Shown: one piece after another, positions 37,412-45,544 of the stretch
Numbering within the stretch: the first letter of the stretch is position 1
Layout of the letters: the number at the start of each line of letters is the position of its first letter
Assembly: GCA_035550215.1 (NCBI GenBank)
Contig: DASZPM010000016.1
Span: 5,788 to 69,787, forward strand
Source of the DNA: Chitinophagaceae bacterium
GTDB taxonomy: Bacteria > Bacteroidota > Bacteroidia > Chitinophagales > Chitinophagaceae
DNA: 64,000 bases
Reading direction: 5' to 3'
The notes under the pieces: model-generated
What the model was told of the DNA's origin: nothing
What the model saw: the letters and a program-made list of their open reading frames with translations, nothing else
Database searches by the model: none
Translations under genes and position numbers: made by a program

Positions 37412-38554
37412 ATGCAAAAAGTGGTTATAATAGGCCCTGCACATCCTTTGCGCGGTGGTTTAGCGTCATTTGATGAAAGGCTTGCGCGGGCGTTTCAGCA
37501 GCAACGTGACGAGGTAACTATTTATACATTCTCACTTCAATATCCCTCTTTTCTTTTCCCGGGTACTACGCAATATTCTTCAGAACCCGCCCCGCAGGAT
37601 ATAAGTATAAAAATTTGCATTAATTCCATTAACCCGCTTAACTGGGTAAAAATAGGTAATCGTCTAAAACGCGAAAGGCCGGATATAGTTATTGTACGCT
37701 ATTGGCTGCCATTTATGGGGCCATGCCTGGGTACAATACTTCGCCGGGTAAGGGCCAACAGGCACACACGGGTTATAGCGATTACCGACAATGTATTGCC
37801 CCATGAAAAAAGGCCAGGGGACAAGGCATTTACCAAATACTTTCTTGCTGCCTGCGATGCTTTTATTACGATGAGTGAAAAAGTGATGAAGGACCTGAAG
37901 CAATTTACGCAGAAGCCTGCCATGCAAGTAATACATCCCTTATACGACAATTTTGGAGAGAATGTTGCGAAAACCGCAGCACGGCAATATTTAGGGCTGC
38001 CGGCTGATGGAAGGATGATATTATTTTTCGGCTTTATTAGGAAATATAAAGGATTAGACATTTTGCTTGAGGCAATGGCATTGCTGAAACAGCATGATGA
38101 TAAAGCAGTACAAAACATACGGCTGGTGGTAGCGGGCGAATGTTACGAGGATAAGAAAATATATGATGATTTAATTGTTAGCCTGGGTATTACAGCGCAG
38201 GTAACGGACAGGATGGGCTTTATTGCTGACAGCGAGGTAAAATACTACCTGTCTGCAGCCGATTTTGTGGTGCAGCCTTACCGTAACGCAACACAAAGCG
38301 GGGTAACACCGCTGGCGTATCATTTTGAGAAGCCTATGCTTGTTACCAACGTGGGCAGCCTGCCCGATATGGTGCCCGACAAAAAGGTAGGCGTAGTGTG
38401 TGAGGCAAACCCGGCATCAATTGCTGAAGGAATTGAAGAACTGTATGCATTGGGAGAAGAACATTTTTTGCCTTACCTGCGCGAGGAAAAAAAGAAATAT
38501 AGCTGGCAGGCATTGGTGAACACAATAAAAAAGCTTGCAGCAGGCGATAGATAA
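37412..38554 (+). CDS. GT4-family (GT-B) glycosyltransferase
   Basis: 380 aa. The C-terminal Glycos_transf_1-like region carries ILFFGFIRKYKGLD, VVQPY and PLAYHFEKPMLVTNVGSLPDMV. Confidence 0.8.
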   Translation: MQKVVIIGPAHPLRGGLASFDERLARAFQQQRDEVTIYTFSLQYPSFLFPGTTQYSSEPAPQDISIKICINSINPLNWVKIGNRLKRERPDIVIVRYWLPFMGPCLGTILRRVRANRHTRVIAITDNVLPHEKRPGDKAFTKYFLAACDAFITMSEKVMKDLKQFTQKPAMQVIHPLYDNFGENVAKTAARQYLGLPADGRMILFFGFIRKYKGLDILLEAMALLKQHDDKAVQNIRLVVAGECYEDKKIYDDLIVSLGITAQVTDRMGFIADSEVKYYLSAADFVVQPYRNATQSGVTPLAYHFEKPMLVTNVGSLPDMVPDKKVGVVCEANPASIAEGIEELYALGEEHFLPYLREEKKKYSWQALVNTIKKLAAGDR

Positions 38555-38639
38555 AAAATGTTTAACAGCAGGCAAAGTAATGAATTTGTTACTTTTATTT
38601 TTTTAAGGATTTGATTACAGATACCAGAATACAGGAATT

Positions 38640-39665
38640 ATGATATATAGAAGCAGGGCGCCTTTGCGAATTGGCCTGGCAGGCGGTGGGACAGATGTTA
38701 GTCCCTACAGCGATGAATTTGGCGGCGCAATATTAAATGCGACAATATCGCAATATGCGCTGGCGAGCATTGAGCCGATGGAAGAAAACGGAATTATTAT
38801 ACAGGCATTAGACCGTAAGGAAGAAGAAAGGTTTGAGTGGGCCGCACAGCTACCCATTAACGGCAAACTTGATTTATTGAAAGGGGTATATAACCGTATT
38901 CAAAAAGACTATGGGGTGCCCTTAAGTAATTTCAGGTTATCAACTTTTGTTGAAGCACCTGCGGGCAGTGGTTTGGGTACTTCGTCAACCCTGGTAGTAG
39001 CTGTTATAGGCGCTTTTGTTGAAATGCTGCGGTTGCCAATGGGAGAATATGACATTGCACATTATGCCTACGAGATAGAGCGTAAAGACCTTTGCCTTGC
39101 CGGTGGTAAACAAGACCAATATGCTGCCACATTTGGCGGGGTGAATTTTATGGAGTTTTACGCAGGGGATAAAGTAATAGTAAACCCACTGCGGATAAAG
39201 CAGGAGTATCTTAACGAGTTAGGTAATAATCTTGTTTTGTATTTTACCTCAACCAGCCGCGAGAGCGCCACTATTATAAAAGAGCAGCAAAAAAATGTGC
39301 TCACCAAAAATGAGAAGTCAATTGAGGCGATGCACCAGTTGAAAGAGCAGGCCCGCATGATGAAGGAAGCGTTGCTGAAAGGGCGGCTGCACGAAATTGG
39401 CGAGATACTTGATTATGGTTTTGAACAAAAAAGAAGAATGGCGCATAATATATCCAACAGCAGTATTGAGGAGATTTATGATGCAGCCAAAAAAGCAGGC
39501 GCCACTGGCGGTAAAATAAGCGGCGCTGGGGGCGGCGGGTTTATGATATTTTATTGCCCCGGCAATACACGGTATAAAGTAATAGAAACATTAAATACTT
39601 TTGGCGGCGAAATAAAACCCTACCAGTTTACAAAACAGGGCGTAACATCCTGGACAACACAGTGA
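38640..39665 (+). CDS. hddA: GHMP-family sugar kinase, probable D-glycero-alpha-D-manno-heptose 7-phosphate kinase
   Basis: APLRIGLAGGGTDVSPY start and the GHMP motif PAGSGLGTSSTLVVA. It is adjacent to gmhA and hddC. Confidence 0.8.
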   Translation: MIYRSRAPLRIGLAGGGTDVSPYSDEFGGAILNATISQYALASIEPMEENGIIIQALDRKEEERFEWAAQLPINGKLDLLKGVYNRIQKDYGVPLSNFRLSTFVEAPAGSGLGTSSTLVVAVIGAFVEMLRLPMGEYDIAHYAYEIERKDLCLAGGKQDQYAATFGGVNFMEFYAGDKVIVNPLRIKQEYLNELGNNLVLYFTSTSRESATIIKEQQKNVLTKNEKSIEAMHQLKEQARMMKEALLKGRLHEIGEILDYGFEQKRRMAHNISNSSIEEIYDAAKKAGATGGKISGAGGGGFMIFYCPGNTRYKVIETLNTFGGEIKPYQFTKQGVTSWTTQ

Positions 39666-39672
39666 TTTATTT

Positions 39673-40254
39673 ATGAAAGAGAAGATACACGATATTATTG
39701 CCGCCTCAATAGCGGTAAAGCAACAGGTGCTTGAAGATGAAATGATGCAGCAGAGAATTGCCGAAGCGGTGGCTGTTATAACTATTGCTTTTAATAACGG
39801 TAAAAAGGTATTGTTTTGCGGCAATGGCGGCAGCGCGGCTGATGCACAGCACCTTGCCGCTGAATTTTCCGGCAGGTTTTATATAAACCGTAAGGCGCTG
39901 CCCAGCGATGCGTTGCACTGCAACACATCGTACCTTACGGCCGTTGCCAATGACTACAGCTATGACGTAGTTTATTCCCGCATAATTGATGGTACGGGTA
40001 ACGAAGGCGACGTGCTTGTTGGCTTAAGCACCTCGGGCAACTCGGCCAATATTGTAAGGGCGTTTGAAACCGCCCGTGAAAAAGGTATGATAACTATTGG
40101 GCTTACCGGTGCAACGGGCGGGCTGATGAAGGCGTACAGCGATTTCCTGTTTAACATTCCTTCCACCGATACACCCCGCATACAGGAGAGCCATATTTTG
40201 ATAGGTCATATTATTTGCCAGTTAGTGGAGGAGGAGATATTTGGCGGCAAATAA
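39673..40254 (+). CDS. gmhA: Phosphoheptose (sedoheptulose-7-P) isomerase, SIS domain
   Basis: CGNGGSAADAQHLAAEF and GLSTSGNS motifs. Size is 193 aa. Confidence 0.9.
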   Translation: MKEKIHDIIAASIAVKQQVLEDEMMQQRIAEAVAVITIAFNNGKKVLFCGNGGSAADAQHLAAEFSGRFYINRKALPSDALHCNTSYLTAVANDYSYDVVYSRIIDGTGNEGDVLVGLSTSGNSANIVRAFETAREKGMITIGLTGATGGLMKAYSDFLFNIPSTDTPRIQESHILIGHIICQLVEEEIFGGK

Positions 40255-40301
40255 TTGTCCGTCCTCTAAAAATTGCCAGGCACATCTAACTCTTTTTGTG
40301 T

Positions 40302-41027
40302 ATGTCCTCACCGGTAAACGATAAAAATATTTCTCCAAACTTTTGTGCCATTATTCTCGCCGGCGGACTTGGCACCCGGCTGCGCAGTGCTGTGCCGGAT
40401 TTGCCCAAATGCATGGCGCCGGTTAAGGGCAGGCCGTTTATAGGTTATGTAATAGAATATCTTGCCGTGCAGGGAGTTACGAAATTCATTTTATCGCTCG
40501 GGTATATGCACGAAGTACTGATAGCGTATGTTAATAAAGCATTCCCGGCTTTAAACGTGGATTTTGTAATTGAAGAGGAACCTTTGGGTACCGGCGGGGC
40601 TATAAAATACGCCTGCTGCCGGGCTACCGATACTAATGTGCTGGTTACCAATGGCGATACCATGTTTAACATAAATGTTGCAGAGGTAATGTCCTTTCAT
40701 CTTGCGGGTAAGGCGGATTGCACATTAAGCCTTAAGCCCATGCATAATTTTGACCGTTATGGCGTTGTTACCTTAAACAGCGATTCGTCCATACAAAGCT
40801 TTAAAGAAAAGCAGCATTATACGCAAGGCCTTATTAATGGCGGTATGTATGTGCTTAATGCGCCCAGGTTTTTGGAGGAAGACCTGCCCGCCAAATTCAG
40901 CTTTGAAAAAGATTACCTGGAAAAACTTTATACCGAACGCAGGATGTTTGGCATAATACAGGATGCCTACTTTATTGATATAGGCATACCGGAAGATTAC
41001 ATGCGCGCGCAGGCCGAATTGCGATAG
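40302..41027 (+). CDS. hddC: Sugar-1-phosphate nucleotidyltransferase, probable D-glycero-alpha-D-manno-heptose 1-phosphate guanylyltransferase
   Basis: AIILAGGLGTRLR is the NTP-transferase motif. Size and context fit hddC. ATG is at 40302; the ORF track uses TTG at 40296. Confidence 0.75.
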   Translation: MSSPVNDKNISPNFCAIILAGGLGTRLRSAVPDLPKCMAPVKGRPFIGYVIEYLAVQGVTKFILSLGYMHEVLIAYVNKAFPALNVDFVIEEEPLGTGGAIKYACCRATDTNVLVTNGDTMFNINVAEVMSFHLAGKADCTLSLKPMHNFDRYGVVTLNSDSSIQSFKEKQHYTQGLINGGMYVLNAPRFLEEDLPAKFSFEKDYLEKLYTERRMFGIIQDAYFIDIGIPEDYMRAQAELR

Positions 41028-41042
41028 ATCCGCTGTTGCATT

Positions 41043-41867
41043 CTAATATTTCTTCATTACCTTTTCCAGCAAACCGGCAATTACTTCAAAACCCTTATCT
41101 GAGGGGTGCAGGCCGTCATAGGCCATGTTAGCGGCCCCGTCAGGGTAAGGGTACTCGTCTGTGGCAGGATTAAAAGGTACGCCGATAAATTGCGGGTAAG
41201 GGTAATTTTTATACTCACCTGTTGCCGGGTCCTTAAGCCTTTTAAAGTTTACCAGGTTTGGCAGTGAAAGCCTTTTATTATGGTACAGGTCAATAACCGT
41301 GCAATGTTCATAATTGCCAATGCTTTTAATAGCATCTGAAAACTGCTCAAGCGTTTGATTGTTTTTGGGTTTATAGCTTCCCCACGCATTGTTTTTGTAG
41401 TCTCTCCAGTACACAAAATCAGCCCGCTGCATGGGTGTGATTAAAATAATTTTTGCTTCGGGATTAAGCGCCCGCATCTTATTGAAGATGATGCGGAAAG
41501 AGCCATATACCGTATTATTGCCCGTATTATTTTTATAATCGTCAAGGGTGCCTAAAGGCCGCCCTCCCCACCAATCGTTTGTGCCGAGAAATACAGTGTA
41601 AACATCCGCCTTTTTAATGCCAAGTTTGTCAAAGTTTTCGGCAATGCCGCCGGAAGTCCAGCCATTATACCCCTCGTTGGTATAATGAATATAAGGCAGC
41701 GCTTCCACCACTCTTGTCATATAGCCTTTGGTAATGCGGTTGCCCGATTCGTCAGGGTGTTCGTTTAGGTAGGTAATAGAGTCGCCGATGGCTACCCAGC
41801 TAATGTCTTTGTGTGTGAATGAGGCGCCTGTAATAATAATTGCGGCAAATAAAAGAAGCTTTTTCAT
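41043..41867 (-). CDS. Secreted SGNH/GDSL hydrolase (esterase/deacetylase-like)
   Basis: Signal peptide present. Block I is VAIGDSITY, block III is GTND, and block V is DGLHPS. Confidence 0.8.
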   Translation of the reverse strand: MKKLLLFAAIIITGASFTHKDISWVAIGDSITYLNEHPDESGNRITKGYMTRVVEALPYIHYTNEGYNGWTSGGIAENFDKLGIKKADVYTVFLGTNDWWGGRPLGTLDDYKNNTGNNTVYGSFRIIFNKMRALNPEAKIILITPMQRADFVYWRDYKNNAWGSYKPKNNQTLEQFSDAIKSIGNYEHCTVIDLYHNKRLSLPNLVNFKRLKDPATGEYKNYPYPQFIGVPFNPATDEYPYPDGAANMAYDGLHPSDKGFEVIAGLLEKVMKKY

Positions 41868-42183
41868 TGACAAAATTTAATGCCTTAAAGTAAGCCGTTT
41901 TTGCGGACATTTTGATGGGTTGCCTATTTATATACAGAAGATCTTTGACAAAAATGGGATTTTAATAACAGGCAATACCGAAAATATACCGGTGTTGAAT
42001 TTATAAAAAAAGTGAACAAAAAAACCGTAAAACATTGTAAATTAATATATTGTAACTTTTTTGATTCCTCCCTTTTTCCTCCTTTTGCCCGCTATTTATG
42101 AATATTTTCCTCCCCCAAACAGGGGGAGTGTCCAACGTAAATAAACGTTTGCAGGTATGCCTTTAATTGCTTTTTTTTGCCAC

Positions 42184-42747
42184 ATGATACCTTTTGAGAC
42201 CATTAATAAAAGCTGGACAATATTTTTAGACAGGGATGGGGTGATTAACAGGGATAAAGAGGGCGATTACATACGCAATACCGGTGAATTTGTAATGCTT
42301 GAACGCGTGGCGGAAGCGATTTTTATGCTGAACAACATATTTGGACGAACAATTATTGTCACCAATCAAAAAGGGGTAGGAAGGGGGCTGATGACCCTGG
42401 AAGACCTTGAGGGAATACATAGCTTGCTGGCTGCACAGGTGGCACAAAAAAAAGCCAGGATTGATAAGGTATACTTTTGCACGTCACTTGACAATAACCA
42501 TCCTAACAGGAAACCCCAGCCGGGTATGGCATATTTAGCCAAAGCTGATTTTCCTGAAATTAACCTGGCCAAAAGCATAATGGTGGGTAACCGGCTGAGT
42601 GACATGGAGTTTGGCAAAAACGCAGGCATGTACACTGTTTTTTTGGCAACCACCCATCCTGAAACGGCTTTTCCACACCCGCTGATTGATGAAAGATTTG
42701 ACTCATTAATTGCATTTGCCGAAAAAATTGCATTAACAAAACACTAA
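42184..42747 (+). CDS. gmhB: HAD-IIIA phosphatase, D,D-heptose 1,7-bisphosphate phosphatase
   Basis: IFLDRDGVINRD (DxDG) and TNQKGVGRG motifs. ATG at 42184 is preferred over 42157. Confidence 0.8.
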   Translation: MIPFETINKSWTIFLDRDGVINRDKEGDYIRNTGEFVMLERVAEAIFMLNNIFGRTIIVTNQKGVGRGLMTLEDLEGIHSLLAAQVAQKKARIDKVYFCTSLDNNHPNRKPQPGMAYLAKADFPEINLAKSIMVGNRLSDMEFGKNAGMYTVFLATTHPETAFPHPLIDERFDSLIAFAEKIALTKH

Positions 42748-42827
42748 AGTTTGCCGTGAGGGAAATATTAACCCCTTTTCAACGTAAACATCATTGTATA
42801 TTACATGCTTTAAGTTGACCGGTTGAT

Positions 42828-43748
42828 ATGCGAAGTATTTTTCTCAGTTGTTGTGTATTATTTTGTGTTGCGGCAAAAGCGCAGAGATTAGCGGCTTCTG
42901 ACTTTGCTTATTTGCAAAAGCTGGAAGAAGATTCAATAAAACCGGTTTCCCGCCAAATGATTTTTGATACCATACCGGGCAGGCGGTTTACAGCAGACAG
43001 CATTTTTATCAAGTTGTTTGTTAAGGCGTTAAAGGTAAAAGGGTCGTTTAATTACCCCTTTGATTCGATTACTACGGTGTCAAAAATTTACCCGGAAGAC
43101 AGTTCGTTCAGGGTATTTACATGGGAGTTGGAAAGGGATGAAGGTTATTACCGGCAGCAGGGTGCCATACAAATGAAGACAAAAGACGGCTCATTAAAGC
43201 TGTACCCGCTAATAGACCAGAGTGATTTTTCAGACAACCTTACGGGTACGGCCCGGGGACCCCAAAACTGGGTTGGCGCTATTTACTATAGCATAGTTAC
43301 AACAGAGTTCAGGGGTAAAAAATATTACACCCTGCTTGGCTTTGATGACAATGATTTTGCCAGTACACGTAAATGGGCTGACGTGCTTACATTCAGCAGT
43401 GATGGCAAGCCGGTTTTTGGCGCGGATATTTTTGAGTACAAAGCCGACAGTCTTAAACCGCCGCAGCCGGCATACCGGTTTTTACTTGAATTTAAAAAAG
43501 ACGCACGGGCGAAACTGGTATATGATCCTGATATGGGAATGATTGTATTTGACCATCTTATGAGCGAAACCCACGAGCAGTCAAAAAAATATACGTTAAT
43601 TCCTGACGGCGATTACGAAGGCTTTAAATGGAAAGATGGTAAATGGGTGCATATTGATGATATTTTCAGCAGCCAGCAAACCGACGATAAGGTGCCCACA
43701 CCAAAGCCAGTTTACAACGATGCCGGCCAGCCCGTTAACCAACGGTAA
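42828..43748 (+). CDS. Secreted hypothetical protein
   Basis: 306-aa ORF with signal peptide MRSIFLSCCVLFCVAAKAQ. I recognise no family. Confidence 0.6.
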   Translation: MRSIFLSCCVLFCVAAKAQRLAASDFAYLQKLEEDSIKPVSRQMIFDTIPGRRFTADSIFIKLFVKALKVKGSFNYPFDSITTVSKIYPEDSSFRVFTWELERDEGYYRQQGAIQMKTKDGSLKLYPLIDQSDFSDNLTGTARGPQNWVGAIYYSIVTTEFRGKKYYTLLGFDDNDFASTRKWADVLTFSSDGKPVFGADIFEYKADSLKPPQPAYRFLLEFKKDARAKLVYDPDMGMIVFDHLMSETHEQSKKYTLIPDGDYEGFKWKDGKWVHIDDIFSSQQTDDKVPTPKPVYNDAGQPVNQR

Positions 43749-43829
43749 CATTAAATTAGCCTTAGTAGAGGTTTAGAGTACCTTAAAAGCAAACGCTTAT
43801 TAGGAAAAAGCGGCTATTTTTGAAACGGT

Positions 43830-45149
43830 ATGCTGTCCCCGTCAAAATATATTAAGCCCATAACCGTTTACTGGAAAAACCTTGTCGGTGACCCTACGGA
43901 ATTTTCGCTTGAAAACCGGCTGTTTAACGCGGTGAGCATTATTACCCTTGCGGAATTAATTCTTCTTATACCTTTCAATTTTATTATCGGGCTGCCCTAT
44001 ATAAGCCTGATGGTTATGGTGGTTTGCATAATACAGGCGTACTTTTATTACCTGTCGCGGTATAAGAAGAAGTTTTTAACGGCGTCTATCATTTACTGCT
44101 TTATTGCCTATTCTTTTCTTATTGCCAACTACTACCTCAATTCGGGTATCAGCGGGCCAACTATTCTTGGTTTTGTTATGGCCTTTATTTTATTTATTGC
44201 CATTACCCCGCCGCGTTGGCATAAATGGTGGCTTATGTTGCATGCTGTTATTGGCTGCGGGTTGCTTATGCTGGAGTATCTGAATAAAGGCATTCATTAT
44301 TCATACCACGACAGGAAAGACCAGTTTACTGACAACGGGGGCACTTACCTTGTACTGCTGGTGTGTATGTACTTTGTAATACGTTACACACTTAACAATT
44401 ATAACAGGGAGAGAAATCTTGCACAAAAAAATGCAGCGGCCATAGAGGTGCAGAATGCTGAACTTGAAAACCTTAACAGGGAGAAGAGCAGGTTGTTTTC
44501 TGTGATATCACATGACCTGAGAGCACCGCTCAATTCTATACAGGGCTATCTTGAACTGCTGACAGACGGCTCATTGCCGGAAGAACAAAAGGCAAAAATT
44601 GAAAGAGAACTGCTGAACCATACCCGGCAAACACAGGATATGCTTGTTAACCTGTTATCATGGTCTAAAACACAATTGTCAGGCGGCAATGCTGATTTAC
44701 AGCCGCTTAATTTTTATCGTACGGTGTCCGGTACATTAGATATGATGACTACTGTTGCAACCAAAAAAGGCATAACGCTTAACAACTATATAAGCCCGGA
44801 GGTGCAGGTAAAAGCAGATGCAGATATGCTGCAACTGGTAGTAAGAAACCTTGTACATAATGCCATAAAATTTACGGGTAAAGAAGGAGAAATTTCCATA
44901 ACGGCGCAACCTGCACAGGATGAATGTTTTATCAGCATAAAAGATAACGGCGTTGGTATTCCGCTGGAAAAACAGAAAGATATTTTTTCGCTTAAAATCC
45001 GTTCTGCACAGGGCACAGGCAAGGAAAAAGGCATAGGGCTCGGCTTGTTTTTGTGCAGGCAGTTAATTGATATGCAGAATGGAAAAATACTTTTTAAAAG
45101 CGCTCCCGGCCAGGGCTCGGAATTTATATTAGTGCTGCCCGCTTGTTGA
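43830..45149 (+). CDS. Membrane sensor histidine kinase (HisKA plus HATPase_c)
   Basis: About 6 N-terminal TM helices. The H-box is FSVISHDLRAPL, the N-box LVHNAIKFT, and the G-boxes DNGVGIP and GIGLGL. No cognate regulator lies adjacent. Confidence 0.85.
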   Translation: MLSPSKYIKPITVYWKNLVGDPTEFSLENRLFNAVSIITLAELILLIPFNFIIGLPYISLMVMVVCIIQAYFYYLSRYKKKFLTASIIYCFIAYSFLIANYYLNSGISGPTILGFVMAFILFIAITPPRWHKWWLMLHAVIGCGLLMLEYLNKGIHYSYHDRKDQFTDNGGTYLVLLVCMYFVIRYTLNNYNRERNLAQKNAAAIEVQNAELENLNREKSRLFSVISHDLRAPLNSIQGYLELLTDGSLPEEQKAKIERELLNHTRQTQDMLVNLLSWSKTQLSGGNADLQPLNFYRTVSGTLDMMTTVATKKGITLNNYISPEVQVKADADMLQLVVRNLVHNAIKFTGKEGEISITAQPAQDECFISIKDNGVGIPLEKQKDIFSLKIRSAQGTGKEKGIGLGLFLCRQLIDMQNGKILFKSAPGQGSEFILVLPAC

Positions 45150-45154
45150 CAGAA

Positions 45155-45463
45155 TTACAAAGTGTGCATGTGCAGCTTTTTAAGCATTTCAGGGGATACA
45201 TCCTCTGCAGACACACCAAAACCTGTAACCAGCACACCTTTTATACCTGATGCTGATTGTATGGCATATACTGTGGCTTCATCCGCTGGGTCTGAATTGC
45301 CTTCATAACGGTAAACATCCACAATATCAAAATCGCCGGGGCTGAATTTTCCACCCGCAGAGGAAAGGCAATTTTGTTCTATATTAAAATCAATCGTAAA
45401 ACCCTGAGCGCGTAATTGCTGTAATGCCTCTGTAACGGTTGCGTAATGATAACTTTGTGCCAC
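45155..45463 (-). CDS. Hypothetical small protein
   Basis: 102-aa ORF with clean, coding-like composition. Function unknown. Confidence 0.55.
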   Translation of the reverse strand: MAQSYHYATVTEALQQLRAQGFTIDFNIEQNCLSSAGGKFSPGDFDIVDVYRYEGNSDPADEATVYAIQSASGIKGVLVTGFGVSAEDVSPEMLKKLHMHTL

Positions 45464-45544
45464 GGCTAAAATATTTGCTGATTATGGTAAAAATGAACAA
45501 TTAAAGTTACTGCTTATTATTCGCACATTTACTACATTGCCCTT

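Noticed and set aside
42061-42128. Polypyrimidine tract and CTCCCCC-AAACA-GGGGGAG hairpin upstream of gmhB
   Set aside because: No T-run follows on either strand, so it is not a classical terminator. I recognise no known motif. It is left as unexplained structure of low weight.
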